A stretch of 64,000 bases of DNA from Hypanus sabinus (Eukaryota). Under the pieces are notes generated by a model. It did no database searches and was not told where the DNA came from. It was given only the letters and a program-made list of their open reading frames with translations. Where the stretch lies: the NCBI RefSeq assembly GCF_030144855.1, contig NC_082717.1, forward strand, positions 5,332,001 to 5,396,000, given 5' to 3'. Positions 25,218-38,034 of this stretch are shown here, one piece after another; position 1 is the first letter of the stretch; every line of letters begins with the position of its first letter. Both the position numbers and the translations under genes were made by a program.

Positions 25218-25580
25218 GTGTAAATGGAGGGACAGTCCTGATCCAATCACCAGGAGTTGTGAAGGAGCGTGAAGGTGGAACGGTGCTGATACAGTGTGTC
25301 CTGGAAAGTGACAATGTGGATTACACTGTGGATAAATATGATGTACACTGGTACAACTCACACAATAAACTGACAGATAAAGGACGAGTAGTTAGTCTTT
25401 ACGTTAATGGCCACGTTCACAGATCAAAGGGCTTATCTGATCGATTTCAGGTTTCCAGGAATGTCAGCACTAACAGCTACTCACTGACCATCAGCAACGT
25501 GAGGATCACCGACTCTAAACTTTATATCTGTGGCATTTGGGGGAAGGTCTTTGGAAATGGAACCAAGCTGAATGTGACCA
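25218..25580 (+). CDS. Exon 2: L-part2 plus first Ig V domain with germline-joined J motif (V1)
   Basis: Acceptor ttctttactgcccacag|GT, donor ACC A|gtgagt, 363 nt, phase 1-1, open. GVNG-GTVLIQSP...IQC...DVHWY...DRFQVSR...YSLTISNV..TDSKLYICGIWGKVFGNGTKLNVT: B-strand Cys, C-strand Trp, D-x3-Y-x-C, FGxGTxLxV. Confidence 0.95.
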
Positions 25581-26059
25581 GTGAGTACTTCATGTTGGTT
25601 GTATTTTGAGTCATGTTTCTGTACAAATAACAATGACACCATGTTTTTAGATTTATAGAAATACTGGTTAATATTAGTTTCTGCTGCAGAATAAAGAGTA
25701 GGCCAAATGGATTTTTTACTGAATGAAGTGGATGACTCTTCACAGGCTCTTGACTTCAGGGGTAATCAGGGAAAGAGGATAAATGCTGGTGTTTGTGTCC
25801 TGTGAATAGACAAATGCAAGGTGAGGGACAACCATTGCACGGCCTCAGGTGCTGAAAAACAAAAGCACCCAGCGTAATTGCAGATACCATCTGAATAAAG
25901 CAGGACATAGACTGGATTGAAGGCATGATTCAAACAATGTATTATGAGGAGATTTTGGCCCCTTATCTAAGAAAATATGTGTTGGCATTGGAGAACATCA
26001 ATAAACTTTCTCCCTCTCATCTTAAACCTATGCACTCTAGTATTTGACATTTGTACCCA

Positions 26060-26640
26060 GCTAAACTCACAAAATGATGGTGGAACTCAATAGATCAGAC
26101 AAGATCTACAGAGAGGAAGAAAGAGTGAACGTTTTGGGCTGAGGTCCTAATGAAAGGACTTGGGTCAAAATGTTAAGACTTTTTTGCTCGTCAGAAATAC
26201 TGCCAGATCTGCTGAACCCACCCCCAGTATTGTGCATTTTAGACTATTTTTTCAATGACTGCAGGGTTTTACCCCCCTCTTCTATTGTGCACTCTGGCCT
26301 TTTCCCTCTTCTCACCTGCCTATCACCTCCCCCTGCATCCCCTCCTTCTGCTTCTCCTATGGTCCACCCTCCTCTCCTATCAGATTCCTTCTTCTCTAGA
26401 CTGTTATCTTTCCCACCCATCTGGCTTCACCTATTGTCTTCTATATCTTCCTTCCCGTCCCTCCACATTTTTATTCTGGCATCTTCCTCCTTCCTTGCCA
26501 GGCCTGATGAAGGGTCTCTACCCGAAACATCAGCTGTTTACTGTATTCATTTCCATAAATGTTGCCTGACTTGCTGAGACCCTTCAGCATTTTATATGTT
26601 ACTCCAGCATCTGCAGGCTTTCTTAAGTTTATGGTCTGCA
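26060..26640. mobile_element. Penelope-like element tail fragments with hammerhead-like motif
   Basis: acacaaaatg..gaactc..cag tail motif; pyrimidine-rich segment ending CTGATGAAGGGTCTCTACCCGAAAC at 26504-26528. Confidence 0.6.
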
Positions 26641-27959
26641 GAATCCCATGTGTCTCTATCGACCCTTTCTATGTTTTACTTAACTACAGAGTCACAGCTC
26701 AGACTCTGAATATCTGAGAAAGCAACCCAAGTCAGTCTGACCTCCCATATAACTAAAGCTCTGCAATCCAGGCCACATCGTGGCGAACCTCTTCTGCCTC
26801 CTCTCCAAAGGCTCCACATCCTTCCTGTAATGGGGCAACCAGAATTGTACAGGAAATGTTCACAAAGCAGAACTTTACCCAGCTGCTGCATGACTCCATG
26901 ATCAACACCCTGACCATGAGGCAAACATGCCTTATGCAGTCTTTACTTGCAATCATAAACACAAGAGATTCTGCAGATCATGGAAATCCAGGGCAACACA
27001 CACACACAATGCTAGAGGGACTCGGCAGGTCTACCAGCATCCATGGAGAGGAATAAAGAGTCCATGTTTCAGGCTGAGACCTTTCTTCAGGGCTGTATTG
27101 CCACTTCCAGGTAACAATTGATTTGTACCACGAGATTCCCCTGGACACCAATACACCAAGTGGTCCATCCAGTTACCATACACTGTCACGTAGATTTAAC
27201 CTCCCAAAGTGTAGTAACTCACACTTGTACAGATTGATCTCTCTTTCCCAATCTTCAGCTGAAATCTGCAGCTTGGATCCCTCAGCACCCATTGACACTC
27301 TTCTAAACAACCCACAATGCCACATATTTCTATTTTTGTGTCATCGGCAAACTAACATATCAGCCCACATTTATTTTCAAACAATATCACTAAGAAACCG
27401 AGGCCCCAATAGAGGACCTTTCAGAAACCACTTGTCACAGTAACCAGCCCTTCACCACTTCCCTGTCCTCTGTGGCCAAGCCAGTTTTGAATACAATCCA
27501 GAGTTGCAGGTGGATGGGAACCAGGCTGCCAAAGCAGCTAATGGAGTGATTGTGGAGAATGATATTGTGATGCCCACATACAAAGTAAGGAGTCAAACAT
27601 GATGGGACGAATGTTCTGAACTGCACATATTCCAATATAAAGAGTATTGCAGGGAAAGCAGATGAGCTCAGGGCATGGATCAGTGTGTAGAATTGTGATA
27701 TTGTGGTCATTAGTGAGATTGTTGCAGGAGGGGCAGGACTGGCAGCTCAGTGTTCTAGGGTTCTGTTATTTTAGATGTGAAAGAGTGAGGGAGATTAAAG
27801 GGGGTGGGGTAACATTACTAGTCAAGAAAATGACACTGCATTGCTCAGTCAGGACAGATGCAAAAACTCATGTACTAAACCTATATGGGTGGAAAGACAA
27901 ATAGGAAATGGCTGATCACATGAATGGAATTATATTATAGTCCACCCAATTGTTTTATT

Positions 27960-30900
27960 TTTGTTTTTCTTTTAGGATTTGTAAGAGTTTAACACCAGTC
28001 ATAACATATTATTTAGTTGGATCTATCTTTTTTTGAATATATGATCAATTTTTATTAAATGAATTTAAGTTGACCGCTGCTAGCTATGTTCTAGCCTCTG
28101 TTAGACATAATGTTAAACCATTTGGAATTTGTTTATTTCTTTACATATCTGTTGTTGTGTGTTTAGTCAGTGGTGTCAGCATATAATATATTTTTTTAAA
28201 AAAGAGTCTGCCTATTAGAGACAAAGGGTTTAGGGTGTTTAGATTAGCATCCTGTCCGACTAGTGGATGTTTTTTTTCTGGCTTGGGGGGAGAGGGATAG
28301 GACTAATAGTTTAGGCTCTATTGACTGGGCAGTTCTGAGCGGTTTCCCTATCTATCATGTTTTTTTTTCTCTGATCAAATCCATAATTTGTTCTTCACTG
28401 CGGGTTTGGTCTGTGTTGGAGCACTAACTTATTTTATAAAAATTTAAATTAAAACATTATCAATGTTAATAAAATTAATATAACTTCTTGGAACCCGAAT
28501 GGCTTTAAACCAAACTATTAAATGTAGAAAGATCTTTAAGAAGTTAAAAACACTCCAAGCTGATATTATTTTTGTGCAAGTGACCCATATCTGTAGGGAG
28601 GATGAAAACTTTTTTTAAATTTTGGAGGGACTCTCAGTTTCATTCTTCATCAGTAACTAAAATTAGAGTGGTATCTATTTTTATAATTTTAAAATCTCTT
28701 TTGTACATTTTAATACTGTCACTGATTCAGTTGGAAAATACTTAATTGTTACTGGTTTGTTTGGTGGTCAAAAGGTGGCTTTGGTGTGTGTGTATGCACC
28801 TAATGTAGGTAGCCCTGAATTTTTTAAGAGGTTATTTTCTGCATTGCCAAATTTAAATGAATATAAGTTGATTATGGGCGGTGACATTAACTGTTGTCTC
28901 AATCCCTCGTTTGATAGGTCATCAACCAATCCGTGCCTTCCGAATAAGGCTGCGTCCTGTATTAAGTCCTTTTTACTAGAATACAGTTTGATTGATATTT
29001 GGAGATTGCTTGATCTTAAAAATAAGGATGTTTCTTTTTTTCACATGTGCATCATAAATATTCAAGAATTTATTATTTTTTGTTGGATACACGATTGGTG
29101 CCTTTTGTTGCCTTTTGTATGACACTATTGCACTGTTAGATCATGCACCCATGAAACTAGTACTGAAGTTCCCTGATAATATACCAAATGCACCTCAGTG
29201 GAAATTTAATGCTACACTGCTGCATAATTCAGCAATTGTAAATTTTATTAAAGTGCAAATTTCTTTATTTTTTGAATTAAATACTACTGAGGATACGTGG
29301 TTATTTGGGATGCAATGAAATCTTTTCTTAGAGGACAGATAATTTCATATTCAGTAGATTTAAGAAGGAAAACTAAAGTGGAGCTTTTAGTAATTACTAA
29401 CAGGATTAAATAAATAGATAAAGTTTATTCAGTAACACCTAGTGAAGATCTATATAAGAAAGTGTGCAATTTCAAACACAGCATGATCTGCTTTTGACTT
29501 TTCCCATTGAGCAGCAACTTTTGAAATCTAAAAGTCAATTTTATATACATGGAGATAAGTCAGGTAAATTGTTGGCCACTCAACTTAAAGCAACTATGGC
29601 TAGAAGGCAGATTTTGAAAATATGAAGAAATTATAGAACTGAAACATCAGATTGTCAGGAAATTAATAAGGTATTTTTGGATTTTTACTTGAACCTTTAT
29701 CAATCTGATTTTCCAGACAACACTACTTTTCTGAATAGATTCCTGCAAAGGTTGAATATACCCAAATTTTCTATTCAAGATATGAATGCATTAGATGCAC
29801 CTATTAAATGAGAGAAAATAACAAGGGCTATATCCTCTTTTCAATCAGGTAAAATTCCAGGACCGGATGGATTTACTGTAGAAATTTTTAAGACATTTAC
29901 TGAAATACCTACACCTTATTTATGCCAAATTTTCACTGATTCTATATTCTATATCTTCTGGGACCCTCCCAAAAACTTTCTATGAGGCATCAATTTCATT
30001 AATTCCCAAAAAAGAAAAAGATTTATCTTACAGACCAATTTCCTTATTAAACGTGGATTCTAATATTTTTTCTAAGATTTTGGCTAACAGGATCGAGAAT
30101 TTTTACCTAAGGTTAATTCTAAGGATAAAACTGGATTTATTAAGAATAGATATTCATATTTTAATATTCAGAGATTATTGAACATTATTCACTCCTTTCC
30201 ATTTAAAAAATCAAAATGTGTTGTTTCCCTTGATGCAGAGAAAGCTTTTGATAGGGTAGAATGGTCCTATTTATTCACAGTTTTAGAAAGATTTAATTTT
30301 GGTCCAGGTTTTATTTCCTGGATTAAGCTGATCTATTAACCCTCTATGGCAGCAGTCAGAACTAAAAATCAAAAATCTCCTTCTTTTAGGCTATCTGGCA
30401 GGGTTGTCCTCTTCTCCACTGTTATTCAACCTGGCTTTAGAAACTCTTGCTATTGCTCTTCAGGACTCCAAAGAGGTGCAAGGTATTAAGAGAGGAGATA
30501 AAGCGCTTGAGGCTTTGTTGTACGCAGATGACTTGTTAGTTTATATTTCAGATCCTAATAAATCTATTCCTGCTATGTTATCTCTATTTTCTGAATTTAC
30601 TAGCTTTTCTGGATATAAATTAAATTTGCACTAAAGTGAGTTATTTTCTATTAATAATTACTTGGATCAATATGACAAAATTCCTCTTAGCATTGCTAAA
30701 AATAATTTTACTTATCTTGGTATTAAAGTTACTAAAAATTTTAAGGACCTGTATAAGTATAACTTACTTCCATTAATTGCATACATGCAATTCTAAATGG
30801 TCTCCTCTGACATTATCATTAATTGGTGGAATTAATGCTATTAAAATGATAAGTGTTACCGACGTTCTTATATGTATTCCAAGTAATCCCTTCCTTTGTT

Positions 30901-32575
30901 CCTGAATCATTTTTTGATAGAATAGACTCTAAAATTCTATCTTCCATTTGGTATAATAAAAATCCTAGATTGAGTAAACCTTTATTGGAGAAATTAAATA
31001 AGTATGGTGGTATGGCTTTGCCAAATTTTAGAATGTATTACTGGGAAATTAATATTTGATGTATTTCTTTTTGGATTCATTACTCAGACATACATGACTG
31101 TCCTTGATGGATATGGAGAAAAACTTGGTGAAGGGGTATTCTTTGGCCTCTTTACAGGGAGCTCCTCTTCCTTTCTTGCTTTCTAAGATCGGTAGTCAAG
31201 ACTGCAATCCCATTATTAAACATACATTAAGAATTTGGTTTCAGTTTCCTAGATTCTTTGAGTTTAATAATTTTGTTCATACCAGTAAAATCCATCTTAA
31301 TTATTTTTTAAACCATCGATTTCCGATTAGACCTTTTTAATTCGGAAAACCAAAGGAATAATAACTTTATTAGACTTGTTTATGGGGGATTGTTTAATGA
31401 CTTTCACTCAGTTAGAGGACAAATATGACCTATCTAATGCACACTTTTTTAGATATTTACAAATTAGGAATTTTCTACATAGTTTACTTCCAAATTTTCC
31501 TTGTACTTATTCACCCAATATAATAGATACTCTTTTTCAGGTTAAACCATTTCAAAAAGGACTGATAGCTATAATTTATAAATGGTTATTGAATTTGTGA
31601 ATGTAATCTAACAATAAAATTGAAGCAGCAGGGGAATTGGAATTTCGAGAGTCACTTTCAGATAATCAATGGGATAAAATTTTTCATTTGTTAAATATTT
31701 CATCTACTTGTGCCCGTCATTGCTTGTTACAGTTCAAGGTAGTAGACAGGGCACATATGTCAAAGGATAAATTAGCTCGTATCTTTTCCAATATGAATCC
31801 TAATTGTGAAAGATGTAATATTGAAGTGGCTACTTTAACACATATATTTTGCTTGTATCAAGATAGTTAATTTTTGGAAAGACATCTTTAAAACTTTATC
31901 AAAAGTCTTGAATTTGGACCTACAACCAAAATTACTTACAACAATTTTTTGGGATCACTCCACCGGAAGCAGGGTATATTCCTGTTTCTGCTCCACGGAT
32001 GATCACTTTTACAACTTTATTGGCTAGAAGAGCCATTTTGCTTAAATGGAAAGATTCTAATCCACCTACTGCTTTTTATTGGCTTACTTCCATTATCTCC
32101 TGTCTAAGTTTAGAGAAAATAAGAAGTCAAACCTTTGATACATCCTTTAAATTTGAAGAAACCTGGTGACCTTTTATTCAGTATTTGCATATGGTTTGGT
32201 TCATTGCTCTTCTGGTTACTTTCTCAAAATGTTTGATTTGATCAGAATGTTTCTCTTTTTTCTTGCTTTTCCTCTCAGTATGAGATGCCCAGTTCTTTTT
32301 TTCCTCTTTTTCTTATTTTTTTTTTGATTAGTGGGGTATTTTATGTATATAAAAATTATAAAAGTTTCTTTATCTTTTTTATTCTTTTCATGGAATGATA
32401 AGAGGAAAATCGATTCTCTTATTTTTATTATATACTATTAGATTAATACTATGCATGATTTTGATAATGTATATTTTACCTTTTATATGAATTGTTATCA
32501 ATGCAGATATTTGAGATAATTCTCCTGCTTACATATATACTTTTTTAATTAATAAAAAGATTGATAAAGAAAGAA
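27960..32575 (+). mobile_element. L1/Tx1-clade LINE, near-complete ORF2 (EN, RT, CCHC) and 3' UTR, multiply frameshifted
   Basis: EN start near 28480 (KKLKTLQADIIF), VCVYAPN, IMGGDINC, DHAP; RT SLDAEKAFDRVEW, SPLLFNLALE, LYADDLL; CERC...TLTHIF; AATAAA and A-rich tail near 32550. Confidence 0.9.
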
Positions 32576-32910
32576 GTAACAGTTGTAGACTCATAGAGAA
32601 GGACCACATAGGAGGTCCTTCAGCCCACATAGTCGATGTCAAAACCATTTATACTGCCAATTCTTAACACCCTTACTACCCCATCCTGAATGCCAAATGA
32701 CTGAACCCTCTTGCCCAGCCACCCTTTCGAGGGACCTTGTCAAATATCTTTCTAAATTCCATGTAGACAATATCCACTGTTTTGTCTTTATCCACTTTCC
32801 TGGTAACTTCCTCAATAAACACTGTGAGTTTAGTTAGAAATGACCTACCATGCACAAAGCCTTGCTGACTATCCTCAATCAGTCTGTCTCTATCCAAATA
32901 CTTTACCTCC

Positions 32911-34302
32911 GCTGGAAGTTTTCATATTTTATTGTGTTACAACATTGAACCACAGAGCATTTTACTTGGGTTTTTTGACACTGATCAACAGAAAAAGACT
33001 CTTTTGTGTTAAAGTGAAAACAGATGCGGACAAAGTGATCTATATTAATTACAAAAGTAAAGCACAAAATAATTGATTGCATAAGTATTTATCCCCATTA
33101 ATATGACACACCACATCTGCACTGGTGCAGCTAATTGGTTTCAGAAGTAACATAATTAGTTAAATGGAGATCACTGTGTGCAGTCAAGTTGTTTCAATTA
33201 TAGTAAAAATACACCTGTATGTAAAGGTCCAGCTTCTGGTGAATCAGTATCCTGGTAAAAACTACACCATGAAGACAAAAGAACACTCCAAGCAACTCCA
33301 TGAAAAGGTTATTGAAAAGGATACAAGAACATTTCCAAGTCATCGAATATCCCTTGGAGTACAGTTACATCAATCATTTAGAAAAGGGAAGAATATGACA
33401 CAGCTGTACATCTGCCTAGAGCAGGCTGTCCTCAAAAACTGAGTGACAATGCAAAAATGTGACTAGTGACGGAGGCCATGAAGAGACCTATGATACCTCT
33501 GGAGGAGTTACAAGCTTCAGTGGCTGATTCAGGAGAGACTGTGCAAACAACAACTGTTGCCTGGGTGCCTCACTAGTTGCAGCTTTATAGGAGAGTGGCA
33601 AAGAGAAAGGCACTGTTGAAAAAAACTCAATGAAATCTTGGACAGAGTTTGCCAGAAGGTGTATAAATCGGCTGGAGGAAGGTTCTATGGCCTGATGAAA
33701 TCAAAATTTAGATTATTGGCCATCAGACTAAATGTTATGTTTGGCATAAGCCAAACTTAGCACATAATCAGAAACACACTATCCCTACCATGATGCATGG
33801 TGGTGGCTACATCATGCTCTCGGGATGCTTCACTGCAGCAGGTCCTGAAAGGCTTGTGAAGATAGAGGATAAAACAAATGCAGCAAAGTACAAGCATATC
33901 CTGGAGGAAAACAGGATGCAGTCTGTAGGAGAAATGCAACTTGGGAGAAGACTAGTTTTCCAGCAAAACAATGACACTAAGCATCAAGCCAAAGCTACAT
34001 AGGAGTGGCTTAAAAACAACAAAGTTGACATTGTGGAGTGACCAAGTCACAGTCCAGATCTCAAACCAATTGAGAATTTGTGGCTGGACTTGAAAAGAGA
34101 TGTTCACTCACAATCTAGCAAATACAGACTTGAAGGAATGAGTAATTATGCAATCAATTATTTTGTGTTTATTAACTGCAATAAATTTAGGCATTTGTAG
34201 AACTTTGTTTTCACTTTGAAATGAAAAGGTTTTTTCCATTGACCAGCATCAAAAGAGCCAAATTAAATCCTCTGTGGTTCAAGGTTGTAAAACAAGAAAA
34301 GT
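32911..34302 (+). mobile_element. Tc1-like DNA transposon, transposase pseudogene with long inverted repeats (outer tips missing)
   Basis: MKTKEHSKQL.EKVIEK; W.DE.K; HGGGYIMLSGCF; FQQNNDTKH; SPDL.PIENLW. Left about 32917-33095 is the inverted counterpart of about 34130-34302. Confidence 0.9.
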
Positions 34303-34304
34303 TA

Positions 34305-35240
34305 CCCTACATAAAATACCTGTAGAATCCCTTAGGTTTCTCCTTCACCTTGTCTGCAACTTCATGCCTTCTTTTAGCCTTCCTGATTTCTTTCTTAAGT
34401 GTTCTCTTGCATTTCTTATACACCATAAGCACCTCATGTGTTCCTACCTGCCTATACCTGCTATATACCTTTATTCTCCGAACCAGGCCCTCAATGTCTT
34501 TTGAAACCAAGGTTTCATTCACTAGGGTCTCTGGCATTAGTGCCAGAGTAATACAGCACAGACACAGACCCTTCAGCCTGACTGGTCAATGCTGATGACA
34601 GCATCCTTCCTGCTGGTCCTAGTTACCTGTGTTTGGACCATAAACCTCCAAGCACCAACTGAAACTGCTTAGAAGGTGCAATTGGATCCACCTTGACCTC
34701 TTCCTCTGACATCTCATTCCAGGTACTAAGTACCCTTAGAGTGAAGAAGTTACCCCTCAGGTCTCTTTTAATGCCTCTTATCTTGTACCCATCTCTTTGA
34801 GGTTTGGACTTCCCAACTCTCAGCAAATGACTGGACTGTCCAAATTATCTATACTCTTCATGATTTTATAAACTTCTTTGAGGTGACCACTCATTCTCCA
34901 GTTTTCCAGGGAATAAAGATCGAGTGTGGCCAACACCTCCCTGTAACTCAGGCCCTCTCATCCAGGCAGCATCCACATAAATCTCTTCAGCACTGTCTCC
35001 AGCTTGGCAACGTCCTTCTGCTAACAGAGTGACCTAAACTGTACACAATACTCCAAGTCTCACCAATAATTTACACATGTAGAACATCCTCCCTCAACTC
35101 TTACACTCAATGTCCTGGCTGATGGCTAAATACTTTCTTCACCAAGCTGACCACCTGTGATGCCACTTCCAGCAAACTATACACTTGTACTCTGAGATCC
35201 CTCTATTCCATTACACTCCTGGTGCTCTACTGTTCATAGT
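34305..35240 (-). mobile_element. CR1 fragments (tether and 3' end)
   Basis: KKEIRKAKRRHE...KEKPKGFYRY; LRGNFFTLRV..TWN. Confidence 0.75.
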
Positions 35241-35244
35241 ACAA

Positions 35245-38030
35245 ATAGTACAAGGGAGGGTTTAAACTAATTTGGCAGGGGAATGGGAACTGGGGTGATA
35301 GGGCTGAGGAAGGGGAGAACAGAAATAAATTGAAGATAGTGTGCAATAGAGATGATAGAAAGGACAGGCAGGAGATGAGGCTTAATCACAGCCAGTGGGA
35401 GGAGTTACAGGGAATTAGAGGTGTAGTGCAGTTAAAACAGAAAGCAGCAAATACTGGACTGCAAGTGTTATATTTGAACGCACACAGCATAAAGAATAAA
35501 ATGGACAATCATGAAATTCAGCTATAGATTGGCAAATATGACATTGTGACCATCTCCAAAACTTCGTTAAAGCATGGCTGCCATTGGGAGCTGAAAGTCC
35601 AAAGATTTATGGTGTATTGGAAAGAAAGATCAGTAGGCAGAGCAGGTGGTGTGGCACTGTGTATAATAAATAATGTTAAATAATTAGAAGGGGATAACAG
35701 GTTCAGAAGTTGTAGAGTCTCAAAGGTAAAAGGATTCCTAATTACAGTTGTATACAGGCCTCCAAGCAGCAGCCAGGATATAGATTACAAATTACAGCAG
35801 GGGATAGAAAAGGCATATCAGAAGAGCAATGTCATGATAACTGTTGGGGACTTTAACATGAGAGTGGATTGGGAAAAGCAGGCCAGTGCTAGACCTCAAG
35901 ACAGAGAACGTGTAGAATGTCTAAGCAATGGCTTTATAGAACAGCTTGCTGTTGAGCCCACTAGGGGATCTGTTGTGCTCGATTGGGTGCTGTGCAATGA
36001 TCCAGCTGTAATAAGAGAGCTTAAGTTTAAGGAACCCTTAGGGAACAGTGATCACAATATGATTGAGTTCACTTTCAAATTTGAGAAGGAGAAAATAAAT
36101 TCCAATGTGTCCGAATTTCTGTAGAATAAAGAAAATTACAATGGCATGAGTGGGGAGCTTGCCAAGGTTAACTGGACAGGGAGATTAGTAGGAAGGACAG
36201 CAGGGCAGAAATCGCTAGAGTTTCTGTGAAAAATGAGGGAAGTACAAGACAGATATATTCCAGATAAGAAGAAATTGTCGAATGGAGTAAGGACAAAACT
36301 GTGGCTGACAAGTGAAGTCAAAGCCAGATTAAAAGCAACGGAGACAGCATACAAGGAAGCCAGGGGTAATGGGAAGCTAGAGGATTGGGAAGCTTTTAAA
36401 GATTTGCAGAAGGAAACTAAGAAGCTCATTAGGAAGGAAATGATGGATTATGAAAGGAAGTTGGCGACTAATATCAAAGAAGAAATCCCCAGGACCTGAC
36501 AGGGTGTTCCCTCGGACCTTGAGAGAGACTAGTGTTGAAATTGCAGGGGCCCTGACAGAAATATTTAAAATGTCGATATCCACGGGTCAGGTGCCAGTGG
36601 ATTGGAGGATAGCTCATGTAGTTCCGTTATTTAAAAAAGGCTCAAAAAGTAAGCCAGGAAATTATAGGCCAGTAAATTTTACTTCGGTAGTAGGTAAATT
36701 ATTGGAAGGAATATTAAGAGATAGGATCTACAAGTAATTGGATAGACAGGGACTTTTTAGAAAAAGTCACCATGGCTTTGTGTGTGGTAGGTCATGACTA
36801 ACCAATCTATTAGAATTTTTCGAGGAAGGTAGCAGGCAAGTGGATGAAGGGAAGGCAGTGGATGTTGTAAAACCGTTGACAAAGTCCTGCATGGGAGGTT
36901 AGTTAGGAAGATTCAGTCACTAGGCATACATGGAGATGTAGTAAATTGGATTAGACATTGGCTCAATGGAAAAAGCCAGAGAGTGGTAGTGGAGGATTAC
37001 TACTCTGAGTGGAGGCCTGTGACTAGTAGTGTGCCACAGGGATCAGTGCTGGGTCCATTGTTATTTGTCATCTATATCAATGATCTGGATGATAATGTGG
37101 CAAATTGGATCAGCAAATTTGCTGATGATACAAAGACTGGAGGTGTAGTGGAGAGTGAGGAATGTTTTCAAAGCTTGCAGAAGGATTTGGATCAGTTGGA
37201 AGAATGGGCTGCAAAATGGCAATGGAGTTTAATGTGGACAAGTGTGAGATATTGCACATTGGAAGGTCAAACCAAGGTAGAACATGCAAGGTAAATGGTA
37301 GGACATTGTGGAGTGCATTAGAACAGAGGGATCTGGGAGTACAGATTCATAATTCCCTAAATGTGGCATCACAGGTGGATAGGGTGAGAAAGAGAGCTTT
37401 TGGGACTTTATAAATCAAAGAATTGAGTCTAAGAGTTGGAATGTAATGGTGTGGTTGTATAAGACATTGGTGAGACCGAATTTGGAGTATTGTGTGCAGT
37501 TTCATTCACGTAACTACAGGAAGGATATCAATAAGGTTGAAAGAGTGCAGAAAAGGTTTACAAGGATGTTACTTGGACTTGAGAAACTGAGTTACAGAGA
37601 AATGTTGAATAGGTTAGGACTTTATTCCCTGGAGTGTAGGAGAATGAGGGGCGATTTCATAGAGGTGTATAAAATTATGATGGGTATAGATAGATTGAAT
37701 GCAAGCAGGCTTTTTCCACGGAGGCAAGGGGAAAAAAAAACCAGAGGTCATGGGTTAAGGGTGAAGGGGGAAAAGTTTAAAGGGACATTGGGGGGGGGGG
37801 CTTCTTCATGCAGAGAGTGGTGGGAGTGTGGAATGAGCTGCCAGGTGAAGGGTGAATGCAGGCTCATTTTTGATATTTAAGAAAAACTTGGACAGGTACA
37901 TTGATGAGAAGTGTTTGGAGGGATATGGCCCGGGTGCAAGTCAGTGGGACTAGTCAGAAAATGGTTCTGCACAGCCAAGAAGGGCCAAAAGACCTGTTTC
38001 TGTGCTGTAATGTTCTATGGTTCTATGGTT
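35245..38030 (+). mobile_element. CR1 ORF2 EN-RT-3' tail with internal deletion near 36480
   Basis: VLYLNAHSIKNK; VGDFNMRVDW; SPGPDRVFPR.L.E; [19 protein letters not shown]; KFADDTK; tail ttctatggttctatgg. Confidence 0.9.
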
Positions 38031-38034
38031 CTAA

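Noticed and set aside
25810-25820. 11-nt segment with ag/gtgagg boundaries after V1
   Set aside because: Shifts V2 out of frame to a premature stop.
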